A DNA stretch of 64,000 nt from the NCBI GenBank assembly GCA_050084985.1, contig JBITNC010000001.1, positions 150,722,001 through 150,786,000 of the forward strand, read 5' to 3'. This document shows, in pieces, positions 1 through 13,957 of this stretch. Each line of letters opens with the position of its first letter. The first letter of the stretch is position 1. The translations under genes and the position numbers were made by a program. Below the pieces are notes generated by a model, which did no database searches, was not told where the DNA came from, and was given only the letters and a program-made list of their open reading frames with translations. This DNA is from Nageia nagi (taxonomy: Eukaryota; Plantae; Pinophyta).

Positions 1-299
1 ATATAACATATTAACTATAAATTAGATGAGATAATTATATTTTAAATGTTTAAATTATAAAATAATTTTTTTTAATGGGTAAAATTCCGTTTTAAATTAT
101 ATCCAAAAGGATTCTTATTGAGCTCATGTTTCAACTCATTTACGTGAATGAATCATCCTTTAATTTTTAGAATAGAACTTCCATCTTACATATGAAATAT
201 TAAACCCTTTCAAATTCAAAACTTTTACTAATACTTAATTGAATAAAAATTTAATCAAGCATTCAATGTTGATCCTTTTTTAATGTTGTATGATTTCAC

Positions 300-980
300 T
301 TCAACTACCATGGTCTCCCATTTTGTACCATGACTACATTGCAATGAAAAGAAAAAAAGAAAGATGCCTTCACCTCTATAAAACCATGGTCAAGACTATA
401 GGACTCATCTCATACCTGAAAAAAATGTGTATATTTTGTAAATAATTCAAAATATTTACAAGTCATATCTCACAAAATAGTGATAAATATAAGAAGCTTT
501 CTCTCTAGTTATCATGACACATTAGCATCCACTATGTTCTCAGACATGTTTGACATGTTTTCCTGGGGCAAGCCACTGACAGTTAGAGAGGGGCTTGTCT
601 ATAGTTGATTTCCTTTTGTCTACTTCGTATGTACTATTAGATCCTCAATAGTGAATGAGAGTTTAATCTCTCAATAAATATAACTAATGCAAATGACTAA
701 ATCTTTCAGATGCGATGAAAGCTTGTTGGAGTTCTCAGCATATTTCTAGATTATTACCTCATTATTTCCTAAAGTTTTCCATCCTATGATATTTCACTCT
801 TATCATTGACTCACAAAGCCTTTTTGTTGATCTTAGTGAAGGATCAATTGGAATATAATAATAAAAATAAACTATTATCCATAGTGGAGGAGCCCCTTTA
901 TCAGCATGGGGTGACCAGTGACATTAGTCACACCATCGTAACCCAATTTCATTTCCAAATTTGATCCCTGATACTAACTT
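300..980 (-). mobile_element. Very degenerate Ty3/Gypsy gag relic with possible tRNA-iMet PBS remnant
   Basis: CCTGATACTA at about 967-976 resembles the reverse complement of TGGTATCAGAG; faint gag-like residues follow on the minus strand. No LTR delimited. Confidence 0.3.
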
Positions 981-1700
981 GCTTGTTGAAAAGTTTTAAT
1001 ATTTTAAATTTAAATAACATTTTAAGTTTCATTTCTTTTAATTTCACATATTAATTTTATTACTTGATAAGGTAATTTATTTCTTGTTACTTAAAACAAA
1101 TCATAATATTTACTTTACATATTACATTAATGTTTATAGGAATTACCAAATTTTGTCCATAAGTAAATATATGAATTAAGTATATGAATAGTTATTTCTC
1201 ATATACTTTAATTGTATAATAAAATAATCCAGCTTATTTCTCGTATAATTTTTTAATTTCTTTTTTCCCTTTCAAAAAATATATAATTTGAATTACAAAG
1301 AAATGCTCAATAAAATAAAAGATTTTATTTTATTTTTCATAATTTATCAATCTATTCTTTATCAAATAAAAAACAATCTAAAGGAGTTTATAATTAACTA
1401 AATAAAAAATAAAAATGTTTATTATGATAGTTGAGGGAATTTGAGAAATTAAAGTTATAATAAATTTAGAATACAAGTTCAAATATAACACCCCCTACTC
1501 CTTTTTTTTAATACGAGTAGAATTTATTGCAAAGATTGTCTACTCCCTCTCCCTATAAAATACTTACCAATATTCTGATAGTTCAACTTGATAGGAAAGT
1601 AACTCTTGGTAGGACTCATGTGGTATTTACCATTTCCTAAGGGTGACCCCCTCCAATGTACATATTTAGGTGAAATAGAAGTATTTTGTATTTCCATATT

Positions 1701-1888
1701 TGTAAGTGGAAGAAATTCAACATGTCATTAGGAGGTTCAAGAGCCATTAGAAATTTTTATTTTTTAGAAATTCTCTATAAGGGGTTCTCCTTTTTGTATA
1801 CTTAGCATTTTAGAATGTAATTTAGCTTTTTGGAGTTAATACTATTTCATATTTGCATCCTCATATGAGCCTTACATGGTATCAGAGC
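1701..1888 (+). mobile_element. Short LTR (1701-1876) plus PBS (1877-1888) of an apparently non-coding LTR element that hosts the next two insertions
   Basis: TGTAAG...CTTACA inverted ends followed directly by a perfect TGGTATCAGAGC. The internal region probably continues as 1889-2534, 8235-8923 and 15102 to about 15700. No 3' LTR found. Confidence 0.65.
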
Positions 1889-2534
1889 AAGGGCTCATTT
1901 TCTTGCAAATCCATAGACTCCAAAACCCATTTCAACCTTCATTTTTCTCCATATCCCTTTGTCAAAACCCATTTTTGAACTCATTTATGGATACTCATTT
2001 TCATTCTCATAATTTTTTACTATTATATCACCTATATTGAAGTTCATTTGCAAAATATATCGATAGTTGAAGTTTTTAGCATGTGTAAGGTTTAATCTAT
2101 GGTATGTGTTATTTTGAGAGTCTTTATTTAATATAAATTTCATCTGGTTTTGTGTTAGAAGTGGTATTCCATTTTCATCTTTATCATGTGCCATCTCATG
2201 CTTGAGTTGACATCACATCTTGCTCATACCCTTTACCAAACTTTAAGGATACCTCACTTTGTTCATGTTATGGATTATTTTGGCCACCTTGCATGCTTGA
2301 TACTCTCCTGTCAATGAAATGCATATTTTTTTCCATCTTATCATATGTTAGACCCTTGTTAGAGGACAAATTATTGAGTGAAGTGAATATTGTGGGGTTA
2401 TATTCTAAGTACAATCCCTACCAAATTGGACCTGCCTACATCAACACCCACTTGGCCCACTAATTCAATGCTAAATTTTCATCCAACCAGTATGCTTACA
2501 TCAATATCATATTGATTGGTTTTTTAATGGTATT

Positions 2535-2954
2535 TGTTAGTATCTCATATCATAACATTTAATTAGGTTTAATTATAATTAAAAGTTATCTAAATTATTA
2601 GGTTGTGCCAACTTGTTATGTGAACCATCATATTTTGTAAGGTAAATTGCCATTTTGAATTAAACCATGAATTAGGGTTAGGGTAGGAAATTTATAAATA
2701 TTTAAATGGGGGTAAAGAGAGGCATATTGGAAAATCAAATATCTTTTGAGTTGTAAGGAGGAAGCCCCCTTGAAGCATCCCATGATTTGTATTGTTATTA
2801 GTAAAGTTTTTATTTTGTTATCTGATTGTTAATGTGAGAACATTGTTCCAATTGATTTACTTGTTGCATTTCAAATATATGGTTATTTCATATTGCAATC
2901 TTTCCCTTGGTATTTAGGGTAAAAACCCTTTTCAATTCTATTAGGTTCTTAACA
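2535..2954 (+). repeat. 5' LTR of element A
   Basis: Direct repeat of 7842-8229, with about 30 extra bp near its 3' end; followed by PBS. Confidence 0.9.
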
Positions 2955-3404
2955 ACTAGTATTAAAGCTTTGATTTTAGCTATTTGTGGGCATTTTTGTA
3001 TGGTCACATCGAGTGAGAAATATGGAATTTATCCATTTTGCAATCGAAACGCTCCTAAATTACAAGGTCACATCAAGGTGGAACTCTAGAAATTATCATT
3101 TTTTCAACTAAAACTTTATCCATTTTTTTCAGAATCTCATGAATCCCTTAAAAAAATTTCCTAAAATAGCAATTCTAGAATAGGCAAAAACTTCCAGAGC
3201 AAATATCTTCTAAACTGAGGAATTAGCAAATCTCTCCCATATGTTTTTAGAAAAAAATGAGTATAAAATCCTAGATATCATCATTTTGGGACTTATCTCA
3301 CTGTGATTAATTTTTCATGTTGATAATTTTGATATATATCACCCATACACTTTTTCATATTCCAAACATAAAGTTTTCAAAAATAGTAGTTTCTAGAAAT
3401 AGCA

Positions 3405-6400
3405 ATGATAGATGGAAGGAGATCTTGGGACCTTGATAAATTATCAACTAAAATAGATTAAATCATTGAATTCTCATGAAAATACAATATTGAAAAAAAA
3501 TTTAGCATTGTGAAGCCAACAATAATCGACCTTGATATCAAATATGATACCCTAAGCACCAACCTAGCTATAATAAATCAAAATCAGGAAACATCCATGG
3601 GAGGCACAAATTCAAGTTTAGGATCACAACAGTTAGGGAATTTTCAACAATCAAGGGGAAAACCATATCATATGCCCCAAATCTCTCAATAAGCCTCTAT
3701 TCTCCCTCAAACTACCAAGATGGAATTTCCAAGATTTGGTGGTGATGACCCAATTGGTTGGATTTATAAGGTAAAAAATTACTTCTCATTGAATCAAATT
3801 ATTAAGGCCTTGAAGGTAAATATTTATCCTTTTACCTATAATAGGAGGTACTTCAATGGTATAAGTGGTTTGAGAAGGCAAATGGAACTCCCTCATGGGG
3901 ATATTTCACAAAAAATCTACTTGTCCAATTTGGCCCAAGTGATTGAAGATTTCATAGGAGCTCGTAAAAAGTTATGATAACATTCAACTATAAAGGAGTA
4001 TCAAATGTAGTTTGAAAAGCTTGTGAATCACATTGAAGGGTTGTATGAGTCATTTTTCATAATTTTCTTCATTAGTGGATTAAAATATGATATTAAAGTG
4101 GAAGTGAATATGTTCAATCCAAAAATAATGATGCATGCAATTGCACTAGCCAAATTTGTTGAAGATAGATTCAATGCTCTAAGGTGTTAAGGAAAGAAAC
4201 AATTTATCAAACCAAAATCTCTTTTGTTTGCTCCCATACCTAACTAAGCACTAATAGTCAAGTGACTTACTCTTGAAGAAATGAAGGAGAGTAGGGAGAA
4301 GGGTATTTGTTACAATTATGATGAAAAGTATGATCCTGGTCATTGATGCACCACAAAAAAATTGTATTTGCTAAATGTTGATGCTCCTAAGGAATCAACT
4401 AATGAAGAAGAAGAAGTCATAGTGGAGGAAGAAGTGAATGAACATGAAAACATTGAGGATGAGGTACTTAAATTTTCTTATAATGACCTTTTAGGAATTT
4501 CTTCTCCACAAATGATGAAATGTAGGGGATATTTCAAAAATCCATCACTCATTATATTATTCGGTTCCAAAAGCACCCATAATTTCATTGATCCAAGGGT
4601 GGTTAAATAGGCCAATTATTTCATATAGCCTCAAAATAACTTTAAAGTGATGATCAAAGATGATGGCAAAATTGCTTTTTAGGGAAAATATCGTAATGTT
4701 AAACTTTCCATGGGTGATTATCAAATGCAAAGTGATATGTATGTCCTTCCCTTAGGATGATTTGATATGGTCCTTGGAGTCCAATTGTTACAAACATTTG
4801 GATCTAATTTATGGGAATTTGCTAAATTATGGATTAAATTCACAATGCTAGAAGGTACATACACTCTCAAAGGGTTACATGCAAGACTTTATCAAATTAT
4901 TAGCTCCCACTGCATGGAGAAGCTTATTTGAAAAGGATGGAAAGGGATGATGGTGCAACTATTTTCAATTAAGTCAAATACACAAGGATATAGTAAGTTG
5001 GAAGAATTACATCAAATTCTAAAATATCATGTACTAGTATTTGAAAAATTCAATGGATTACCACCAAATCACCCTCATGACCATGCCATACAACTCATTC
5101 CAAGAAGTCACCACCAAACATTCAACCATATTGTTATCCATGCTTGCAGAAGAATGAAATTGAATGATTGATGCAAGATATATTAGAGTTAGGAATCATT
5201 CAACTAAGTATTAATCCTTATTATTCTCTTATCTTATAGGTTCAAAATAAGGATGCATCCTAGCATATGTGCATTCACTTTTGAGCTCTCAATAGAATCA
5301 CGGTAAAAGATAAGTTCCCTATTCTTGTCATTGATGAATTGCTAGATGAATTACATGGTTCCAAATTATTTTTCAAATTGGATCTACAGTTGGGCTATCA
5401 TAAAATTTGGCTCCATGAAGAGGATATTCCAAAAATAGCTTTCTGGACAAATGAATTTCATTATGAATTTTTGGTGATGGCATTTGGCCTTACCAATGGT
5501 CCTTCAACCTTTCACTACTTGATGAACCAAGTATTTAGAACCTACCTTTGAAAATTTGTTTTGGTTTTCTTTAATGATATTTTGATCCAAAACAAAACTT
5601 GGGAGAACCATCTAGCTCACCTAAATCAAACTCAACAAATCCTCTAAGATAATTAATTGTATGTCAAGCATTCAAAATTTTCTTTTGGAAAATGAGAGGT
5701 TGAATATATTAGACATATCATTTCAAAGGAAGGTATCAAATATGATCCTTAGAAAATTTTAGATATGCAAAGTTTGTTGTTGCCTAAATCTCTCAAGGGA
5801 TTTTATGGCTTCCTTGGATTAACAGGATACTACCGCAAGTTCGTGAAGGATTATGGAAAGATTGATGCCCTACTCATAGCCTTACTCAAGAAAGACTCTT
5901 TTAAGTGGGCCCCCATTATAGAGGAATCATTTTGTAAATTAAAGGAGGCCATGTGTGCCACATCAATTTTTTCCTTGCCCATTTTTTCTAAAACATTCAT
6001 CATTAAGAGTGATCCTTCAAGAGTAGAGATTATCGTAGTCCTGATGTAAGAAGGTAGACCCTTTACTTTCATTAGCAAGGTATTTTCAAATCATAATTTA
6101 GCCAAATAAACATATGAAAAAGAAATCAACATTATTCATGTTGTTCAAAGGTGATGATCATATCTCATAGGTAGACATTTCATCATCCATACAGATCATC
6201 ATAGCTTGAAGTATTTCATAGAGCAGAGAATTTTAACCCTAGAGAAACAAAAATGGGTGACCAAATTGTTGGGATATAAATATGAGATGTGTATCATAAG
6301 GGGGTATAAAATGTAGTGGCACATGCCTTTTTATAAAAAATTGAAGAACCAACAACTCTCCAAGTAATATCCTCTCTGATTCCTAGTTAGATAGAGCAAA

Positions 6401-7841
6401 TTAAACAAAAGTGGGCCTAAGATGACTCTATTCAAACATTAATCAATCATTTTTAGATTGATCTTGATAGTAATCCAAATTTCTCTTGGCAACATGGGAT
6501 CTTATGCTTTAAGACTCACATTTTTCTTCCTCCCATGTTTAGATGTTGGGAAATGATACTTAAAGAGCTACACTCTACACCATCATCAGGAAATTTAGGG
6601 ATTTTCAAGACTTACAAAAAAGTGGCTTAGTATTTTTATTGGACAAGTATGAAATAATATATTAAGATATTTATTATTGAATGTGATGTTTATCAATAGT
6701 AAAATGAGGAGATGGTTGATATTCTAGGACTGCTTCAACCCTTTCCCATTCCTACACATACTTGGATTGATATTTCAATGGATTTCATCGAGGGCCTTCC
6801 AAAGTCTCATAAAAAATATGTTATCATGGTGGTGATTAACATGTTATTCAAATATGTACATTTCCATTCCTTAACTCATCCATTCAAAGATATTAATGTA
6901 GCCCAACTTTTTATTGATAGTATTTTCAAAATCTATGGTATGCCATCTACCATAATCAATGATCAAGACCTAACCTTCACCAGTAATGTTTGGAAGGAAT
7001 TTTTCAAGCTTCAAGGAACACAACTCAACATGAGTTTTGCTTATCACCCTCAAATTGATGGATAAACAAAAATTATTAATAAGTTTTTGTAAACTTGTTT
7101 GCATTGTTTTGTATCTTCCTATCTAGTTCATTGGGTGAGGTAGCTAACCTTGGCAGAATGATGGTATAATACTTCATATCATACAACTATCAAAATGACC
7201 TTCTATGAAGCATTGTATGGGAAAGCATCACCCATTGTATCTTATTATATTTCAGGTAGTACAAATATTCAAATGGTTGACATGAAATTAACCAATCAAA
7301 TGGATATCCTTTATCTTTTACAAGAAAATTTGTAGACTACTCAACATCAAATGAAATAATAGGATGATCAACAAAGAGTTGAGAAGGAATTCCAAGAAGG
7401 AGATATGGTATTTCTATAGCTTCAACCATATCATCAAAAATCTCTTAAAAATAAAGGATCTTAGAAATTAGCTCTAAAATTCTATAGGCCTTACAAAATT
7501 CTTCAACACATTGGACCAACTACATATAAGTTGGAGTTACCAATCTCCTTTAAGGTTCACCTAATCTTTCATGTCTAATATCTTAACAAGGTGTTGGGCT
7601 CAAATGTTCAGGCTCAGATAGACTTTCCATAATTCATGGATGAGGGAGCCATTAAGCTAGAACTGAAGTAGTTCTAGAATGGCATACTCGTCAACTTCGT
7701 AATCAGGCCATCAATGAAGTCCTTATCCAATGGCATGACTTAGCAACCAAAGATGCAACTTGGGAGATAGCACATCAACTTTAGCATGAGTTTCCAAATT
7801 TTTAACTTTGAGGAAATATCTCTTTTCCAATAGGTGTGGCA
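3405..7841 (+). pseudogene. gag-pol of element A with many stops and frameshifts
   Basis: MEFPRFGGDDPIGWI (gag); GSKSTHNF (protease); [15 protein letters not shown] and LVFFNDIL at 5561-5584 (RT); FLGLTGYYRKF (RT/RH link); WIDISMDFIEGLP and HPQIDG (integrase); EVLIQWHDLATKDATWE at 7716-7766 (chromodomain). Confidence 0.9.
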
Positions 7842-8229
7842 TGTTAAGATCTCATATCCTAACATTTAATTAGGTTCAATTATGACTAGTAGTTATTTTA
7901 ATTATTGGATTGTGCCAACTTGTTATGTGAACTATCATATTTTGTACTACGAATCAACATTTTGAATTAAATTATGAATTAGGGTTAGGGTAGGAAATTT
8001 ATAAATATTTGCATGAGGGGTAAAGAGAGGTATCATGGAAAATCAATTGTCTTTTGAGTTGTAAAGAGGAATCCCCTCAAATTGGCCCTTGATTTGTATT
8101 ATTATCAATAAAGTTATTTTGTTCTATTATTTGGTTGTTAATTTGAGCACATTGTTCCAATTGCTTTACTTTTTGCATTTTGAATCTCTAGTTATTTTAT
8201 ATTATAGTATTTCCCTTTCTAGGTTCACA
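7842..8229 (+). repeat. 3' LTR of element A
   Basis: Direct repeat of 2535-2954; preceded by an eroded PPT and followed by TSD ATATT. Confidence 0.9.
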
Positions 8230-8923
8230 ATATTTTTTGGGCTTTTCAAAATCTTGAAGAGCATTTTTGCTATAACTTGAAAAATATAGCTCTAATATTT
8301 TCAATGAATTTTTTACTAGAGGAATAGAATTTTTAAGGCTATAATGTATAAGTAATTATTTTTGGGTATTTAGTGACTATTTGAGGAATTTATTTTATTA
8401 TTTTAATACCTTTAGTAATCTAAAATAAAATTAAAGGATTTGTATAGATTATAGAGGAATATTGAGATTATTTATTTTGGATGATGTTAACTTACATGAT
8501 TTTTAATTCTATTTTGGAAATTTCATATTTTCATTATAAGGTAATTTTGTTGGAGGATATTTTTTTTAAATTTAGTACATTATGGTTTCTTTAATTCCCT
8601 TTGGAGGTGAAACTATAGATTTATTGTGCTTATTTTGTTGAGTTTAGTGGTGCCTTGTTGGAGATGTTCTTTATCTTGTTGCAAAGGTGATAGAGATGGT
8701 ATTTTTTTGATAGTCACCCTTAAAGATGATATATTCCATTATTTTTTAAGGCATTTCTACATAATCATATTTATTTTAAATATTTTTGAAGACTTGTTAT
8801 TATATTGCAACCATTTTGAAGATGGTTGTGTTACTCTCACTTCACATTTTCTACTAGTTCTTTTATGCTTGCCTTGCGATTCAAGGGTGGAGATAGTTTG
8901 GGTATTTTTATTGGATAGTATTA

Positions 8924-10149
8924 TGTGATGATACAAAAATTAAAATTCATGCTCACACTAGCAATACAAGATCATCAAGCCCTAACATTTGGTCTATGGC
9001 ATCCAATACACACATTCAAATCCTCAAACATGCAATGTCAAGGTTAGGGCATTTGCATTAAACATTCAGATACCCAAAATGCCAATGTCTAGCTTATACA
9101 AGCATAATCCAAACCCTAACATATTAAGATCCCTTCAAATGATTATCATAAATACATATAACCATCAAGATCCAATGCATGCATAAAATGAAGCAATACA
9201 CATAAGCATGAGATCCCAAATACCCTTTGGCAATACGAATGATATACAATGATAGCAAATACAATACCAATCTTAATGGGTAGTTGTTTTCCTCAAGGAA
9301 GCCAACTAGGGCACAACAATTTGATATATTTGACTCTAAATAACTATAGAACCATAGGATAGATTCACTCCCTTAGATCTTGAATCCTCTCCACTAAAGG
9401 AGCCCTCCTTGAAACCTGGCTAACCGATCGAATGGTAGAAGTAAACCCTCAAGATTCCATTGGATGGAAAAAGGTGCTCCACCAATGCCATATATAATCA
9501 AGATCCCAATGCTTGACTACCCTCTTAGGTGCTCCACCTAAGGAATTCACTTAGTGCTCTACTAAGGTCTTATCCACCAGGTGAAGTAGAAGAATAAGTG
9601 TAATAATGATCAATAATGGCTATCCAATACTAAAGCTAAAGTATTTTTGTATACATTACTTATATCCAAAACTCACCTATAAATCATATCAGGACCATCT
9701 AATCCAACGTTGGGTATTTAAAGGGTCCAATCATTTAATGTACCAATGTGGGGGTCATGATCACTCATAATACCAACATGGGGTCATGATCATATAATAT
9801 GCCAACATGGGGTTCCTCGTACTTAAAGTGCCAACATGGGGGTCCTAGAGTCCTCAAGAGACAACATAGGGGTATGGGCCCCTCCTAATGTGTCACTAGC
9901 ATGATAGTTCCCATCCATCACTTCAATGCATAAATGTACCTTAGGATTCCCACAATCTAGGATCTCTAATGCAACACATGCCTAATCTACTACTAAGGAG
10001 GGAAACATCCCACTTGGGGATCATAATGGGATCCACTAGACCCATTAAGTCTCCTATCCTAAGTTACATAATGCAAATGCAATTACATCAAATAAGTATA
10101 GTACAAGATGACCATACTAGTCCCATTAAAAGTACAAGGGGATGTCACA
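8924..10149 (-). repeat. 3' LTR of element B
   Basis: Direct repeat of 13958-15096; contains extra copies of a 30-bp internal repeat at about 9741-9878. Confidence 0.92.
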
Positions 10150-13100
10150 AAGCCTCCTCTCTTGAATTGCTTTCCCTCAAGAAATTACAAAAGATCACAA
10201 CATCCAATCTCTCATGCATCCTCTATAACTATCAATCAAAGCACATGGTGGTAGAAATCAACTTCAATATGCACCATGCTAGAATATGGTGAGGACTGGA
10301 TGGTTGGAGCTCCATGCTCTTATCCTAATGCAAGTGGCAAACTCTTTGGTCTGCTATAAATACCACTCCTTAGCAAATGTTCAATGATGACCCTCCAAAG
10401 CCATGTAAGTGAAGGAACTAACACTAACAAGATAATTCCTCATCAACCAAGATCACATGAAAGCTCACAATAACATCTAACAAACTCACAAGGCAATCTC
10501 ACAACATAAGATGTAAGTGGTTCCTCCAACTAGAAGTACATCCATTAACTAGATCTTTTCTTCAATCACAAATAAAACTCTCTTATAATAATCTCAACTC
10601 CTACACTTCAATGCTATAGCATAACTTTACTCCACAATTGGTGTGTGATTACAAAGAGGGAGCCTTCTATTTATAGGCCAAAATCCCTCTTTGGATCACC
10701 CTTTTATCCAATGTACAAAAGCATAACATGCACATCCTTTTACCCAAGGGGCATGCTCATGACATGGAGTGTAGGACAAGTTACATTATCATATTCACTT
10801 AAATACTTAAGGTATCAAATTATACCCTTAAGTATTAGTGAACTTACATATAATATTTAATACAAACCTTTATAATAATGCATTATACATTCCAATGGTA
10901 AGTGCATGCACACCAAGGCTAAATTATTTCTACAAAAACTTGGGAAAGATAATGGTTGATGAAAAATAAGTAGATCCTATGCTCCACTTAGGAAATAGAC
11001 TCTCTCCCAAACTCTACTTAGGAGCTCCCAAACTCCTCATGGCTAGTATAAGATAAGAAACCATCTCATCCTCCATCTCCTGAAACCTCCATAAGGGGAA
11101 TGTAGCCTCTCTCAAGAATAACACTAGGTTTCCTTCATCATGGCACATCTAATAAAAACCCCCAACCTTCTCAAGCCTCAACATGGGGTTTCCATCATCA
11201 TGATACCACTCAGCAGTAATACTAGCCTCCCTTATCCTCAATGTGGGGCTCAAATATTCTTGGATACCCAAAGTGGTAAGATAATTCCCCCAGATGCTCC
11301 ATGTGGCATTACAAACCTCTTTAATGCTTAATATGGGATGGTGATCCTCTTGGAAGCTCAACATGGTAATATGTGCCTCCCAAATGCTCCTCATGGGGTG
11401 GCTCCTCATCAGAAAGCTTAACATGGGTTGGCATACCTCTAGTGTACCCAACGTAGGGTGGAAAACCCCTTGTATGTCCAACTTCATGGTCCCAACTCCT
11501 CCATGATCCAGCATGGCCCCTCCTATATCCTCATATTGCAATATGGTATCCCCTTCATCCTCCTCCTTTTATTGACACTACTCAATCATCTCCAAATGCT
11601 TATTTTCCACATATGGAAAATCATCTTGGATAGCCTATAGTGTGTGTATCTTACCATCTATTTCAAAACTTATGGTGAGCTTTTGATAGTTGGTATGAAT
11701 GTCTTCTAAATCAAATAATCACTAGACTCCCAAAATTATGTGAGGATGCCCCTTCAAAGGGTTAATGTAGAAATCCTCCCTCACCATATAGCTCTACACT
11801 CTCACCCTAAATTGCCCAATAATGTGATAAATCTAAGTGAGTTTCCCATTGGCATTGGAAACTCAAAACCCCTCAAATTCCTTGATCTTCAAACTCTTCC
11901 ATTATGCAAATATGGCATCAATGAAGTTATGGGATGCTCCAGGATCTATTAGCACCATCACATCCTATCCACCCACCTATCCTAAAATCTTCAAATTTAG
12001 GTACTTATTCACCCCATGGAGTAAAATGATCATGCTCCCAAGCATCTCCTTAACTCATGGTGACCCTGAGTCCTCCACATTAGCTCCTAACTCCAATTTT
12101 GAGTCTTTTGACTCCTCCTATGAAAACACCTCAATATAATGCACCTATCCCTTTCCCAAATAATGATGTTTGGGTTCCAAAATCTTCTTGTAGTAGAAGC
12201 ACTTATCCTCTTCCCTCAACTTCCTCCATGTAGCTGTATCCAATTGATTTGGCCTAGATGGAAGAAGTATCTTGGCCTTGCTAGTCACCTTAGAAAATGG
12301 CTTTTGGTTAGTTTTCCCCTTGGAAATTAGTTCTCCCCTAACGGATTTCATTGTAGGATCCAAGTTATAGGCTTCCTGGATAGCATCATCAAGGCTCCTA
12401 GGGGAGGACACCTTGACCATCCCTCTTAGAGGCTATATCAACCCCTTAATGAAGAGGAAAGATAATATCTCTTTTGAAATGAGATGAATCATGATGGCTA
12501 TCCTTTGAAACTTAATCACATACTCATTTACTACTCATGTTTATCTCAATGCTATCATATCCTATAAGTAATCATTCTCCTCCTTTCAAACAAACCTATT
12601 CACCAACCTCCTAGCAAACTCATCAAATGAGGTGATGAGTGAATACCCCTGGCTAATCACTCCATGTTGCCACCACTCTAGGGCATCACCTTCTAAGTGA
12701 AATGATGCAAAATGAATTACATCCTCATCCACTATGCTAGGGTTCAATGTGAAATAAGTATGTAACTTATGTAGCCATGCCCTAGCCATCATCTTCTTCT
12801 CATCATACATTGACACTTGAATCTTACTAAACTTATGATGCAAGTCCTTCTTCTCCTTCCACTAGCTCCCTTAATATCATGGGCCATGCACGCTACTACC
12901 CTTCAACCCCAAGAGCTCAATATAGCCATTAAAGTTAACATCCCTCCTTAGTCCTAGATCCAACATAGAATATTCTCTAAAGATCTGGTTTAATAAAATT
13001 CAATGAAGTAGGTAACTTGCTCTTTGAAGCCTCCCCTACCTACTATATAAACATGGGTTTGGATGGCTTTGGAATCACTAGCTTCTCCTCCATTCTACCA

Positions 13101-13922
13101 ATGTCTTCTTCTAGGCACCTCCCTAAGAGAGGGTTGGTACCCTAAGGTGCTTTGTGTGAATGAGATCTCAAGAAAGTGGCCTTTGGATGCCCTAAAGATT
13201 CATGGTGTGTAGATTCTCTATCCCTCAGGCTCCTAGATCTCCTAATGTTATTCTTTCAATTAGATCAATCCTTCTTAACCCATTCATACTTGTCTTCTCT
13301 ATCCAAATGCGGGGCTCCTCTACCCTCTTTGGCTATACATGGGATCTCTTGATCATCTTTGACCAAAAGTGGGTGCTCCTCTTCATCCATGACCTAATGT
13401 GGATGCTTCCTATCCTTCCTAGCCATTCATGGGATCTCTTGGTCATCCCTAGCTAGATGTGGATGCTCCTTATCCTCCATATCCATTCATGGATGCTCCC
13501 TCTCATCCCAAACATGGCATGATGCTCCTTGATCTTCTCTGGTATGCCATGGGGATGTATGATGACTCTTTTATCTCATCAATATCTCTCCAATATCTAG
13601 TCATTTTTGGCTCCATAGAATTCATTAATTTGATCATGTTTTGAATGGTCAAAATGAGCTCATCAAAGTTTTGTTTAAGAGTGGATCCCTAAACTAAAAT
13701 GGGGCTCCTCCTCTTAGAAGATCTCTACCTATCATCTCGTAGCCCTTGTGCCTCTCCCTTATCACTAGAAATCCTCTCTTTTGGTAGTTCATTCATCCAT
13801 GGTCATCTCTTCTCACCTTGGATGACTCTCTCTACTGTATCCTCTGATCTTTCACTCCTCCTAGTGAACACCATCTCTCTCTTGATGGATATGGTATAGT
13901 AGTGGTCAATTCTAGGTGTCAT
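10150..13922 (-). pseudogene. gag-protease-unknown domain-chromovirus tail ORF of element B, interrupted by point stops and a solo LTR
   Basis: ORF pieces with minus-strand starts 12843, 12420 and 11541 and the protease motif share one frame. After removing the solo LTR and one TSD the frame ends EDA*E...FLEGKQFKRGGFVTS into the LTR. The N-terminal part from the ATG at 13922 is in a different frame. Confidence 0.8.
10410..10897 (-). mobile_element. Solo LTR (Copia type, 488 bp) inside element B
   Basis: Perfect TSD GTAAG (10405-10409 and 10898-10902); homologous end to end with 54184-54667 and more distantly with the Copia LTR at 61486-61968. Confidence 0.9.
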
Positions 13923-13957
13923 GTAAGGGTTTTCCAAATCCAGGCTCTAATACCACT

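Larger units (their letters stand above)
2535..8229 (+). mobile_element. Full-length, decayed Ty3/Gypsy chromovirus (Reina-like), element A
   Basis: LTRs 2535-2954 and 7842-8229 (TG..CA, visibly diverged); TSD GTATT/ATATT; degenerate Met PBS TAGTATTAAAGC 2957-2968; domain order gag-PR-RT-RH-INT-chromodomain. Reina call rests on about 5.7 kb length and about 400-bp LTRs. Confidence 0.92.

Noticed and set aside
2672-2686. TTAGGGTTAGGGTAGG telomere-like motif (also near 7979)
   Set aside because: Only two units, present in both LTRs of element A; a common LTR telo-box motif rather than an interstitial telomere.
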